A stretch of 64,000 bases of DNA from Styela clava (lineage: Eukaryota), in assembly GCF_964204865.1 (NCBI RefSeq), contig NC_135261.1, positions 8,990,001-9,054,000 on the forward strand. Direction: 5' to 3'. Below are positions 50,557 through 64,000 of this stretch, piece after piece (the first letter of the stretch is position 1; every line of letters starts with the position of its first letter). A model generated the notes under the pieces. The model did not search any database. It had not been told where the DNA came from and saw only the letters and a list, made by a program, of their open reading frames with translations. A program made the translations under genes and the position numbers.

Positions 50557-52303
50557 ATATAAACTATTAAGATTCAATAGGCTTAGTCTAGTTTTGTAGG
50601 ATAGGTATTTCTTGTGTTTACTTTGAACAATACTCCGAACGAGAAGGTATTATCCTATTAAGGAATTAAGTTTGGCTCCTATTACTTGATGGAGTTTGGA
50701 TCAAAGATCTGAAACCACCGATGCAATTTACTAAAGTCTGTTGCATATAGGCAGGGCATTCTGGTTAGGCTCTGGAATTCTTCTAAGAAGAGTTGAGTGT
50801 GACTGGTGGTAATATTCTGAACATATGTATATGTAACATGCGGTCAGATCTTGCTAAAGAATACTAGTTTGCTTATAGCGGAACTTTATTTAATGCATGT
50901 CCGACACAGAATGTAACTTATTCTTGCAATTTTGATGCCTGTGAAAGCGAAAGCATTTATTGTTTCATTATTGTTTTCTAAATTGAATATCCTTATATAA
51001 ATGCCGGTACTATATAACTTATATTATGCAAAGTATGCTAATAAAAATCCCATTATATTGTGGTAATTTTTACCTGGCATTTACATGGTTTTTCAAGGTT
51101 GGACAGGGCTTAAAAATAAGTTGTGTATTGAATTACATGTAATAGCTGGGTAATTTTACAGCTTATATCTAACAAAGATGGCTCAAACTTGCGAATATTA
51201 AATATAGTTTCACGTGTGACTTGACCTATTGTTTGCCTTTTTTATTTTTGCTTCAATAAATTATGGTCTGATCATGCATGGATCATACTAATAATATACA
51301 AAACAAATATTTTAACTAGGTTTGATAATGATAATGTTTTTATTTGTTAAACTTCAGGTTTACTATAGTACTTTACAAATGAGAGACTCCTTAAACTTGA
51401 TTCCACAAAAATAAAAAAAGATAAAAAGAAAGGGTATCCATCCGTGTATTTATATTAAATCAATGATTGAAGGTTTGGTGATATTGATCGTACATACCAG
51501 TATTCTCTGTGGAACAGTTAGATCGTGATATATAAATCGTTATATTGCGCTATGAAGGTCAGTAGACTTCAGATGGATTGGAATAGTCGCTAGAAGATTT
51601 TATAGAATGATTTTCCAAAATTGTTATGTCTACTTGCTAGAAATGCAGTATAATAACTAAACTTAGAAATCAGATTATGCCTCAATTATTGAGGTTATAT
51701 TAAATCGATTTTTTATTGGTCATTTGCACAAAGTAATCTCATGCGCAATCAGAAATAAATAAGATTTATCACTGAGCAAAGTTATGTCTTTCGTGTAATA
51801 ATGGACATTTAAGCATTTTAGTTAACATCATTGTGTGTTTAATTGTCTCATTAGATATCAAAATGAATAAATAAGAGGTTATAAGACAGGTCTCACATGT
51901 ATATTCTTTGAAAATATAACAGTTTAGAAAAACTAGTGAATTTATGTATGTGTACTGAGAGAACACGATTTATTCAAGAGTCATAAATTTTTAATAAGTC
52001 TGTATTTTCATATTTTGAAGCCTGTAATTTTCTAAATAAGCTTATTGTCGTGGAAACATAACATTGTCCCATGACACTCATAATAGTGTAAAATGTATTC
52101 CCCATTGACTCAATGTGACTTCTTGTTTACTTAGAGAAGTTTACTCTTTATAGAGAATCTCACTATTTCAATACGATTATTACAAATAACCTTACCTGCT
52201 TTTGTTTGCTAGGTACGTCAAATTTTTATGTCATCTCTCTCTCGTGCGGACAAATAAAACGATCTTTAAATAATAGAGAGTTGCCGTATTCACTTCAAAT
52301 AGG

Positions 52304-55300
52304 ATGGCAAACAATAGGGAAGGTGTTACGGCAGGCACGAATGAAGATAGCTTGTATTTATTAGAAAATACGACAGGAACATCGTCACTAACACCTGTTG
52401 AAACTACTGCGTCCGGTATGTAATTTTTTTTCAAATAGGCTTGTTATTTGAACTGTTCTGATGAATTTTAAAGTAGAATCTTTATCATGGAAGTCTGAAA
52501 ATAAGAGATGATATTCAAGTGTATTAAAAAATTTTGATTAATTCCTGATTTTGAATAGATCTTAGATTATACATTAAAAAATTTGTCATCTTGAGCATTT
52601 AGGACAAAAAATGAAGTTTGAATCAAACGTATGTTCTTGTTTAAAAGAGAACATGACACATTGTTTACACCTTATCATTTTATTAATTATTATGTAATAA
52701 CCATTTCAGATTTGTATATATATTTGATATTCCATATTTGAAATTATTATTTCGGAAATTATTTGGAACAGTGATTTACATGCTTGTGTGTTATTAAATA
52801 TTGTTCTACTATGTGACATAATCAGGGCTTATTTTGAATTCTGAGGGGTATTTGAGTGTCGAAATGATTGTTATATAACCTCTTGTTTATTAACGAGCTG
52901 CAAAATAAGGATAATACTTATAAATTAATAATATATATGATAAATAAGTGTAGATTAGCAGTAATAATCTGTGAAGAATAATTTCAAGCCTCCTAATTCT
53001 ATTTCTGATCTAACTGAATCTTAAGGTCGATCTGCTCTTCATATTCGTAGGCATACATTGGATTTAGAAAGTGGATACTCTGATATAAATATATAGGCCT
53101 ATTATCACAAGGCACACTTTAAATATTTTTTTTCTCTGAAATCGAATTGAATACTATCTGAAGCAACTGGATTAAATCGTTAAATAATTAATATATGATT
53201 TTGTTCATTTGTACGTATTTTTTCAATTATTCGTGTACTTAACACATGACAATATGTAAATAATTCTTATTGAATTTTTCTCATGGTGCATGGGTCATTT
53301 ACCGAAAGAATGTCGCTCATAAGAAACACACTTATATTTATGATATAATAGTTTGTTTTATCAGTATTTTGTGTATTTTACTGTTTAATTTTTGTTTATG
53401 AGATGCTTTTATTTTATAGATGGTACCAGTTCTACATCGACAATAAATCACGAATTGGTCCCAATTAGAGTTGAGTCGGCGTCAGGTAGAGACAACCAAT
53501 CAGATACCTCACAAGAAAATTTAGCACAGGTAAAGAAACATTGTATGTTTTGAAATCGCCTTTTAAAGGTGGTTTTGCGTAAATTCAATCCAAAGAAGGC
53601 AGATTAAACACAGATTTTAAAAGAATTAGAATCGTTTCGGTTTCGCTTTGCCTCTTCAATTTCTGATCTCGGCGTCAGGTAGAGACAACCAGTCAGATAC
53701 TTCACAAGACAATTTAGCACAGGTAAAGAAACATTGTATGTTTTGAAACCGCCTTTTAAAGGGGGTTTTGCGTAAATTCAATCCAAAAAAGGCAGATTAA
53801 ACACAGATTTTAAAAGAATTAGAATCGTTTCGGTTTCGCTTTGCCTCTTCAATTTCTGATCTCCGAATAGAGGTGTGGGTTGGAATCCCGCTTCTGACAC
53901 CATGCTTGGTTATCTATCTAGTCTTACGAGTTCGACATCACCAACTTATGTTACCAAAAACATAAAGTGCACAATAGAACGATTACAAAATGACTAGCAC
54001 GTTTTACAAGAACATTAACACATGTGGCACTATAGAGTAATATTACGTCATATCGTAACGACACCCTGGATTTGGCCAATTTTGAATCCCATCGAATGAT
54101 TATATTCTCCTAGTCGCCATATGTGTTCAATTTAACCTATAGTAATATACCCCTTCACTATCCTAAACTTCCAATCACAGTATATCAGGGCCTTCAGGGG
54201 CATAAGTTCACCATATGATTATCTCTTTCAATCCAATTTTTTTCTCTGTTATCAATCTGTAACAACTAAGAACGATTTTGATTTTGGTTTTTACAGAACA
54301 AGTTAAATATGGAGACTACGTCATTTTCAAATCCTGCAATGAATGTTGAGGGGTAAGATTTGAGCTCTTGTTAATTAAGACATTTTGACGAATTGGTTAA
54401 TTTTTTGATTTCAAAATATTTTGGTCATATCATCAGTTTTCATTACTTTAAAATTCTGTAAAATAAAACTTTTTTATGAGTTATCTTATGGTGGATGGAA
54501 CTAGTGTGTACTAATTACTATTCCTTTCTCTTTGCTTTTATGTTTTACGTTAGGGGATCCTTAGGCAATTTTTGCAAGGGTTTTATAGCAAAAGCTAAAA
54601 TGACTACGTTAAATGCTTCAAAAGTGTCATATCACAGTTGGCATAGTCAATTTTACTCATTTTTTTACTGAAAATCAAAGCTTAATTATAAAACGTTATG
54701 TAAGATTAATTCATATCAGGTATATCCAAAATAAATATGGTTATTGTAATTGATTTAAAATTAATCATTTTTAAATTCTAATTTTTCAGTTTTAGATTTA
54801 GAATAGTTTCATTTGGACATTTATCATATTATGCATTTAAACAACAGTCAGACAATATGACCAAAAAGTCCTTCATTTTATTTCTAAAAACTTTAGTAAA
54901 TGGAAAACCTGTCAAGTGTCAAAACATTGTTTATCTGCAATTTATTTATATTTTCAATGCAAATTCATTAAATATACATTGGCTTTTATGTGTTCTTTGT
55001 TGAGCATATCCCAATTTAGATATTCCATATTCAAAAATATTATTTTAAAATGATTTTGGTGAAGTGGATTACTCGGATTAGACTTTCCCTGCTTGTTACT
55101 GATTATAATACACCAGAATATTTTTTCATTTCGAAAAAAATTGTCACTAGTAGTATGTAACTAATAATTGAGCAGTCTAGTTTTACTATTTCAGTTATTT
55201 GACTGATATATATCGTCTCCATAAAATCTTGAAGTTCTTTAAAATTGCAAAGTGGAGTTATCGATACCATGTAATATTGTGACCCTCACAAATGTATTAA

Positions 55301-58300
55301 ATGTAAAAAAAGTAAAATTACTGATTGAAAAATAATAAATTTGGTTTAAATATAATGAGAAGTGACTTAAAAAAATTCAGATTGCAAAGGGACTTTATTG
55401 ACACTCTGTATAGTAGTACTATTATGTACTTTTATGGAATCCACTTCTCTCAGCCCCCAGGGTATTACATTCTTAGCAAGGATTTATTGCCAGATAGCAA
55501 GGATGGGTGCTCAAAACTGACAATGTAGGTTATGTTTACCTTGTAATAGGATTACTGTTTCTCTGCTAGGGATTATCCTCTCGTTGAATCAGTATTATTA
55601 AGGGTTGATTCGGTTGTAGGAAGGATGGTTGTATACTGAAGTAACATTGAACCAGTGGCATATATAAGGGAAAGGAGGGTAGCCATGGATCATGCCATGG
55701 CCTGTTTGGATCGGACGTAAAAAGGGTGAAAAGTTTTATTAATCGTATAATGTTTCAATAAAACAATTGAATAATTTTTACTTGGATAACAACTTACAAG
55801 AATTTCAATTTAACAACTGCCGTTATTAATAATTGTCGGTCATTAATCAAGGGGGGACCATTTTTAAACTTTGCCATGGGCTCCATTTTACGTAGATGCG
55901 CCACAGCATTGAACTAAAAAAATTTGTGATGTTGAACTGGTAAGAATGAGAATGGAAATGTGTATATCACTATATTTTCATAGTTTTTTGTTATTAAGTC
56001 TGTTTACATTATATTTTGGAATTGTAACAGGACTTTATGAACGCCATGTAGTTATGTTTTCTTTCTGTAGTCTATTTGGTGATATTGTTAATATTTCATA
56101 ATTTTGAATAATCTAGGTATGCAAGTTCAGTTTAAAAAGCATTTGGCGGTTTGGGATAAGTGTTAGCAACATTCTCTGATTACCTTCGTTCGTCCTCAGA
56201 TATGAGTTTAATGAAGAATAATTATGTGCGAGATTCGCAATCTTAGGGTGCTCCACACAACTTCTTGTATTTAATGTAGATTTGAATTTGATTAAGGATA
56301 ATTATTTGTGTCAGGATTTGTAGTCATTGTCTGGTTCACATAATCACTAGTACGGTAGGTTACGACTTTCTCCACCATCAAGTCCATAATGTCTATAAAT
56401 ATTGTTTGCCATATGCTTAAGCTGTCTATCCAGCTTTCTTTTCTTCATTGATAAATATCAAAAATCCTATTCTCATCCAAGTAATAATTTCATACAAGAT
56501 GCCGTATGTTAAATGCAGAAAAGCAAGTCATTGTTTCTTACCCTATCATAATTAAGAAACTTCCTCTAAAGACAATAGAATGAAGAATAGATGATACACA
56601 TAGTCACTGGCTTCCTGAATTCTATGGTATCTCAATCACCCATTGTGTTGTTTTCTTTTCTCTGAAACTTGATCTCAGAATAATAGTTGATATATTGTCT
56701 CACTCTATATCAATAGTAAACTAGGAACAAGGAATCAGTTCTTATACAGACCTTTTAGTATAGACACAGGATGTGTGGTGCTTGTATAAGTAAAATCATA
56801 GATCATTAAAAAGTTTAATTTGAGATTTGAGTTGAGTGGTCCGACACGGGTTGATTTTTTGAATACATTCTGAATTGGTGATATTTGATATATTACCGTA
56901 AATAGATTTATCAAAATATATTTTGATTATTCGATATACAACTGATTTGAGATTGATTTCGTAAATCTTGTTCAGGGTCGGGCAATTCCTCTGTAGGGTG
57001 GTCCAGTTACACATAATAGACTTGGTTACTGGGCCAGAGACTCAATACGAAAAACTGAAAGAAAAAAAAAACGATTTATTTACAACAGCTAGTCTAATGT
57101 TTAAATAATAATAAGAAGCACACTGTAACAATCGGGTTCATTATGACGTTATTTTCGTCAATATTTTCGATGAAAATTTATATTACGAAAAACGATAGTC
57201 ATAATTTCTGCAGGTATATTTTGGCCAGATGAATCACTTCTGTGGGCTCAATTAAATACTTCGGTGAGCTGGATACTAATCTTCCTACCCCTGAACTTGT
57301 TGTTTTGCATTAGGGTATTAGTGTCTTTAAATTTGTGATGATTCACTACCCGACTTAATTTAAAATACATTGATATTTTATGTTCAAGAATATTATTTTA
57401 AAATAGAAGGATGTATTATGTGAATTTGGCTATCTCTGGAAGACTTGTGTGTCAATGTCTATTACAACAACAAAATATTGATTTTTTCAATTTTTTCATT
57501 GACTGAGTTTTACATAAAAGTAGGTCAGAATATGTCTTAAATAGAAAATTTGCACAATTTTACAATTTGAAATAAAAAGGATTTTATCGCCATGGCAACA
57601 ACCAATTCTGCTAACAACAGGTAAAGTATACATATCATCATCTTTTGAACAAGACTGTTGACAAGTAGCTATTTAGATATACAGAGCAACTCGATTAAAC
57701 ATATAGCGTTTGAATCTTTCAAATTTCGCACATTGTGACCTTTAACCCGAAGGGAAGAAACTTGAACAACTCTTTTGATATAATGAGAAGAAAATATATT
57801 TTTGACTTGTATAATCTTTAACTTTTTATTGAAATAAAAGGTGAATATGGTTCAAACATGATTAAAAAACCATCCCATAAAGCAGCTTTTTAGATGTAAT
57901 TATTTCTATTAGAATTTTTTAGAATTTTCTGCATTCCCTTCTTTTTTTAGTAAGTGTGTAAATAAATCAATTTGAATTGATTAGAAAATTATTTTAGTGC
58001 AGGAATATTCCCCAATCCAAACATTTATAACAAATGACTATATTGATTTCAGTAGTAGTTTCTTCACATAAATGACAGATTAATAGTTAAAAATGTTCTG
58101 GTTCCTGGTTTGGTACCGATTTCAAGCAGTACTAGATTCATACCAATTCAAATCAAACTTTTTATAATTAATAATTTTTTCCACATATATTCTCAAAATC
58201 TCACAAGATAAAAGGTTGATTAGAGAGTATATCATGTCTAAATCTACTGATAACATTTTGTTGTTTCATTGTTGACTCATCTGTTTATCTGCTTGTTTAA

Positions 58301-61300
58301 AGCTTCATTTGGAGCAATTATCTGACAAAGCAATACATTTTACTGACTTTTTTAACAGCCCTGCCTCGTACATCTCCCCTAATAATGACTCGATCATTAA
58401 TAGAGAAACTGCTCAGGGAAGAATAGACCAAGAGGAAATCGATCAAGCTACTTTTCATCAGGTATGAAGAATGCTCTTATACTAATTTTTAGGAGTTAGA
58501 AAGCGATTTTTGATATTTTTACTGGAGGGAAAGAAATTATGATAAGATGACATATGTTATGTTTACCACTCTATAACAATGAGGAGACCATCAAAAAATT
58601 TCCTGCTTCAGGCGCAGGCCACAATAAAGGGATGTTTGTTTAGTTGAAATCTCGTATGATGAACTGCCTGTACCTAGTTCCATATTTCTCTTACTGCTGG
58701 ACCGTATGTGACCTGGGTATAGGATTTTCATATTTATCTTGTAAGAGAGGAAAGCCATAAAACGTCTTAATTGTCTGGCGAACTACAGCCGATCGTCCAG
58801 TTACCAGTCTCAGTTGGTTATGGAAATAGTAGCCTAAACCAGTAATTTGATTTCACACATGAACTTAATGGCAATTTATACAACGCTATCTTGGTATAAT
58901 TGTGTTAATTAATAGAAACATAGACAATAAATTCCTGATTCTATATTATTCTAACGATTCTAGCTTGCCAGAGATGGAGACATTGAAATCATGCAGAACA
59001 AACTAAAGAAATTTAACGTGACACAGTTGAGAAAAAAGTTGGCTCGAAAAGATGCAGAAAAACTGACTCCACTTCATTATGCAGCCAAATATAATCACCT
59101 GGATATGTGCAAACTATTAGTGGAATATGGTGCAGGTAATATATATCCGTGGGTTCTAAATAATTTTTATATTCTTTCATTCACACATTTACTCAACAAG
59201 GCTCTAAGCAAGTAGCCACTGGTATCTCACAATATGTAAGAAGTTACCTTTATTTTTTAGGGCCGCAAGGCGCGAGGTAAGATGTGGGGGCATGGGGATG
59301 AAACCTGCGGTTTTGATCTTTAGTGCCAACACAGTTATGCCTGATGCATTTATTGCTGGGCCATTACGCCACCCCCACTTTGATACATTCCCCCTTTGCA
59401 CAATTTGACATTCTTCATTTTGAATAAAATAACATTGAAGTCTGAAAATATTTAAATTCTTACATAGAGTTAGATTAGGATAGAAAAGAAAAGTTGATGA
59501 GACGACTCAACCATATTCTGAACAGTTACCAGTTCATGTTGGGTATGGGAATGGTTAACCCGGTATTTGTTTCGCTTGCATGGACTTGATGGTAGAGGTC
59601 GCTGTAACTGACTAGTGGTTATGTGAATGACTCAACATCAGTATTGAGTTCAGCAATCTTCGTGTGCATATATATCGGACACAATGTTCAAATCTGCGGC
59701 TTGTGGCACTACGGTTACTAACGCACAATGTGCCAGTCATCAACTTTGAGCTCACAATCAATCAGTATTAAATTATTTTTCAAGTGAGATAGAGATATTG
59801 GAAAATTATTTTTACAGATATTCATGTGAAAGGAGAGGATGATATGACGCCGTTACATCTTGTTGCAAAATATAAAAGAAGAACGAAGTCTGTTGCTTTA
59901 TCAGATCAGGTTAATTTATATTCATATATAAACTAATAATATAACATCCATACAGTTCAGTGCCACGAAGTTGGCAAAATTTATCATTGACTACAACTCT
60001 GGCTTGAAATTTGACTCTGACTCCTTGGCTTGAAATTTGGCTCTGACTCCCTGGCTTGAAATTTGGCTCCGACTCCCTGGCTTGAAATTTGGCTCCGACT
60101 TCCTGGATTGAAATTTGGCTCCAACTCACTGGCTTGAAATTTGGCTCCGACTCCCTGGCTTGAAATTTGGCTCCAACTCCCCAGCTTGAAATTTGGCTCT
60201 GACTCCCTGGATTGAAATTTGGCTCCAACACACTGGCTTGAAATTTGGCTCCAACTCCCTGCATTTTTCAGCAGACTGCTAAGAACGTTTGGTGGACTCA
60301 ATGCGCCCGGTGTTTATTGGGAAACTTCTGACTTTTTTTAACCATCGAAAGTTGACTCTGACTCTGAAAAATCCAAATTTTGATTCAGACTTAGCCAAAC
60401 TTTGATTTCTGACTCTAACTCTAGACCCCTTATATAGTTGAACCTAATAATGGAAATAATTTAATCACTTCACCTATTTTTTAAGAATTACTTTTACTTA
60501 ATTATTTTCAGTAGTTTTTTTTTTTTTTAACGATAGATATTTTTGTATCTTTAGTACAGTAGTTGTGATTCAAATGACGCGTCGGTAAGACATTGCAAAT
60601 TTCATGTTTAAATATTTTTATTTTTCGGTATGCGTTATTTTATTTTTATCTGCTTTGCATGTTTTGTTGATATTTTTTGGCATCCTAAAATTTTATTTAT
60701 AAATTTATTTTCGATATTTTGTTGTTATGTCACTTGTTCAGAAGATTGGGATATTTAGCATTCTGAGTTTTGTTACAAAATGCTTCAATTCGAATTTTCT
60801 TCGTCAAATAAAATTATTGTTGTTTTTTTTTTGATGGTTTTTAATTTTTATTGTCAGGATTGTAAACTAACCAACATTTGTGATAAAAATTTTGCCATTT
60901 TTGTTTTTTGTTCCATTTTTGTTGACGATCAGCCATTTTTTTCATCTAAAATTATGTGTATATATCTAAAAAAATAAGTCGAAATATAACACACCATTTG
61001 AGTCCATTCATTTATTTCATAAGAATAATTTTTCCTATTCTCCAATATTTTTGGATATTTTGTGTCATGCATATCCTCCAATAAAAAATCTATTTGACAT
61101 AATTTTTCTAACTTTTTATTCATATGATTTAGGACGATGAGCAAGATGACGGAAGTCCAACAAAAGCAGAAATAGACAATATTAATATTCTCAAGTTTTT
61201 GCTCAGCGAAGGAGCGTCTGTAAATGAAAAAGATTTTTATGGACTCACACCACTACATCAAGCTTGTCTGAGGGGAAATACTTTAGTTGTACGAGTTTTG

Positions 61301-64000
61301 TTGGAACGCCCAGGCATTTTGGTTGAGGTAAAATATTAAAATATTTTCACGCAAAGTTGGAAAAGATGATTTCCAGTCCAATCCTCTAATCCTCTAGCTC
61401 CCAAACTGGAGTCTGTGATGGCCGCACAGGGGGTCCGCAACGATATGAGGAGTCTGAAGTTTTCGGTTGAGCGTTTCGGACAAATATGAATTTCTGTCAG
61501 AAAAGGCAATCCAAATTTTGTTGACTTTTGTAACGATTTACATGTGTAACTACTTACATATGTGATGCTCAATTTACAGCTCTTACCAATAGGATGACAA
61601 AATACAGGTCGAGACTTGTCGTAGAGTCGGACCTGCAAGTTTTCTAGCCACAAATTGCGCCCAAGAATCACATTAATGTCGTTTTTAGTATAAATGAAAC
61701 ATTATCCTCCTATGTTGGTTAAGCACAGAAATTGATACGACATATGATGGGTGTTCGTTAAAACTAAGATTCACAAATAAGGGTCCGTGGCTCAAAAAGT
61801 TTGGGAAACTCTGCTCTAACTTACATTTATTTACCACTTGATTTCAACCTCAGAATCCTCAGCTGGGTAATCAGTGGGACGATTGAGTGCAAATTCTTTT
61901 GACTAACTGTAATCTAACTTGGGGACCTTGGTGGTTATTTATGTCTTTTTTACATTGAAGTGTGTGGGGGTGTAGTATGTCACAAATATTGATCCTTATG
62001 CCATAATAAATCCTGAATTCCGGCTTTACTAGCTCACACCTTACTATAATTTCAGGCAATGGATAAACAGCAGATGACACCATTACATATAGCAGCTGTG
62101 TATGGTCACAATGACATTGCAGAATTACTGATGCATATGGGAGCCAACATTAGATGCAAAGATGAAGAAAATGGAACTCCATTACATCTCGCATCAGGAG
62201 AGGGACACCTGGAGGTTAGCATTGAAATTTATGCTGTTTTTGTTTTTTTTAAGTGTGAAATATCGAAAAAAATTGGTGATAAAATGGTGTTATCATATGT
62301 TAAACCACGGTTACCGGTCCATGTCTGGTTTTGTGATAGTCAACCAGCTATTCGTTTAAGATTCATGGATTTGATGACAGTATTTGAGACAGTATTGAGT
62401 CATTGACTCATCTTGAGTTGGACTCGAGTCCTCAAGGACTGGAATGACTCAAGGCACATCAGCAACTAAAATGTAGTGATACTTAACTCTGTGATTGTCT
62501 CCACTTATAACTCCGATGGTCTGTGACTCACTGGTATTAACTAAACACTCAAGTCACCATTTTTCTGAGATTCAAAGTTACTCGAGTCCTCTAAATGGAA
62601 TGACTCAAGACTGTGAGATTTACTCGACTTGAGACTCTGTCACTAACAGGCATTAACTGACCACTCGAGTCACCATTTCTCTGAGATTCAAAGTTACTCA
62701 AGTTCACAGAATGGAATCACTCAAGACTCGTCAGCAACTAATATACAGTGAGATTTAACTGTTTGAATAACTCGTCTTAAAACTCTGATGGTCTGTTGAC
62801 TGACCAGCGGTTTTCAGAACCACTCTGTGATGGCGATGAGTCCAGCAATTCTCTTGTACATAATTATCCAACAGGGAATTTTAACTTGCTAACTCTGGTA
62901 GAATAATCAGAGTTATGTTGGCAAACTTTTTCTCACCGTTTAGCATGTTATGATATTCACCAAGCCATTCTAAAAAACTCATCTCTAAGCAAAATTGTTG
63001 CAACTGCTGAATTGCCAAGAGGTACTGCAACTGAATAACTCAAACCTTGTATTGCTATTATCTTTTTAGATCGTTGAGCTTCTTATCTCAAAAGCACAAC
63101 AAGATTTTGGTGATAAATTTGTTATCACTATGCTGAAAGATAAAGATAATGATGGGAACACAGCATTGCATCTTGCTGTGGACAGTGGTCATCTTGACAT
63201 CACAAGATATATGGTTGAAAAGGCAAAAAGTTTAGGTAATAGTTAGATTCTAACATGGGCAAACTATGACCTGCCGCCCAAATCCGGCCTGTCGGATAAT
63301 TCAAGCTGACGCGCCTGATGCTGCCACAATCAGACTAAAACCAAATTTTGATATATTAGCTAAAAAATTTCGCTAATTTTGGCACGAGGCCTAATGTTTT
63401 CCACTTTTGCTTTTGTAATATTTCAAATATTGTTCATAAATTGTTACTCTTTGTTGTTGATGTTACTACCTCTGAATTATTTAGTCTCTATAGCGATGTT
63501 GGGTAGAGATGACTTCATCATCCATGGGGTAATAAAATGGGTAGGTAATGCAGAACCAGAAAAGTTTCAGTCTTACAAAAATAGTATCTACTTACGTATT
63601 GTTAGTTATCAGTGTAAGCTTGTTCGGTCCAAAAGACTTAAACGATCGTCACATTAAAAAATTCCCAAATTTCTTAATGTTTGCGCTTAATTCACTAATA
63701 TAAATTTGTAAAAAAAATTCAGATGTCATGATACAAAATGAAAAGTTGAAGGGCTATGTAAAAAACCTTTTTCAGATACTTGAAAATTTAAATTGATTGC
63801 CTTCTCAAGTTGAAATTGAAATTTCTAATAGTAGTCTATACAGATTTTAATGTCAAAATCAACTTTGGTCAAAAAAAATTTTCTTTCTACCAGAAAAAAG
63901 TTTGCTCAATTCGAAAAGAAGGAATAGAGAAACCCCATTGCATCTTGCCGCAAACAACGGACATTTGCAAATTGTGAAACTACTCGCCATTCACGGAGCT
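52304..64000 (+). CDS. TRPA1: TRPA1-like ankyrin-repeat channel, N-terminal part (continues beyond the window)
   Basis: Exons 52304-52415, 53420-53529, 54297-54352, 58359-58461, 58964-59135 (LARDGD...TPLHYAAKYNH), 59818-59909 (GEDDMTPLHL), 60555-60584 (microexon), 61133-61327 (DFYGLTPLHQACLRGN), 62056-62214, 63070-63235, 63894-end. The ankyrin order and motifs resemble invertebrate TRPA1-like proteins. The channel domain is not in the window, so the TRPA call is inferred. Confidence 0.75.
53476..53861 (+). repeat. 193-bp tandem duplication spanning the 3' end of TRPA1-like exon 2 and its donor
   Basis: Copies 53476-53668 and 53669-53861, with about 6 substitutions seen. Confidence 0.95.
55653..55906. 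mobile_element. hAT MITE with 8-bp TSD
   Basis: CATTGAAC|CAGTGGCATAT ... ATGCGCCACAG|CATTGAAC. Confidence 0.8.
57592..57620 (+). CDS. Candidate alternative first coding exon of the TRPA1-like gene (MATTNSANN-S)
   Basis: CGCC-ATG-G Kozak context, 29 nt ending AG|GTAAAG. Phase 2 matches the acceptor at 58359. Confidence 0.55.
60001..60260. repeat. 26-bp minisatellite, 10 copies
   Basis: Unit GGCTTGAAATTTGGCTCCGACTCCCT. It explains the repetitive minus-strand ORFs. Confidence 0.95.
62400..62800. repeat. Degenerate GACTCGAGTC-rich repeat with an internal duplication
   Basis: Recurring GACTC/GAGTC words. The segment GTCACCATTT.TCTGAGATTCAAAGTTACTC occurs twice. Confidence 0.6.

Noticed and set aside
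53865-53902. tRNA gene (GGGTTGGAATCCCGCTTCTGACACCA); a similar stretch lies at ~39085-39150
   Set aside because: Only a T-arm/3'-like fragment with no full cloverleaf. More likely SINE heads.
59911-60301. Repetitive 105-117-aa minus-strand ORFs
   Set aside because: Translation artefacts of the 26-bp minisatellite.

Overview
AT-rich, intron-containing animal genomic DNA. It looks like an invertebrate chordate, possibly a tunicate, but that is inference. Seven protein-coding genes can be assembled by hand from GT-AG junctions with matching phases: (1) a secreted, TM-less EGF-like/YWTD beta-propeller protein (+, 5939-19135); (2) Lhx1/5 LIM-homeobox (-); (3) FKBP4/5 (+); (4) a lysine-rich LRR protein with an RFX X-box at its 5' end (-); (5) EXOSC1/Csl4 (+, single coding exon); (6) MMAA (+, single coding exon); (7) the N-terminal ankyrin region of a TRPA1-like channel (+, runs off the window). 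The strongest signal is a young, 2.5-kb, non-coding LTR retroelement inside the EGF-repeat exon of gene 1. It has non-canonical TATAGCA...TGCTATA ends, a 4-bp TSD, a tRNA-Trp-like PBS, a PPT, an internal 54-bp hairpin array and mismatched U5 ends. It creates a premature stop, and removing it restores the reading frame exactly. Other points of interest are a candidate alternative first exon giving a short-N-terminus TRPA1 isoform, a tandem duplication across an AG|GT site that could create a new intron, a decayed hAT transposase fragment, and many (some nested) MITEs and tRNA-derived SINEs. All exon coordinates were read by eye and need RNA-seq confirmation.
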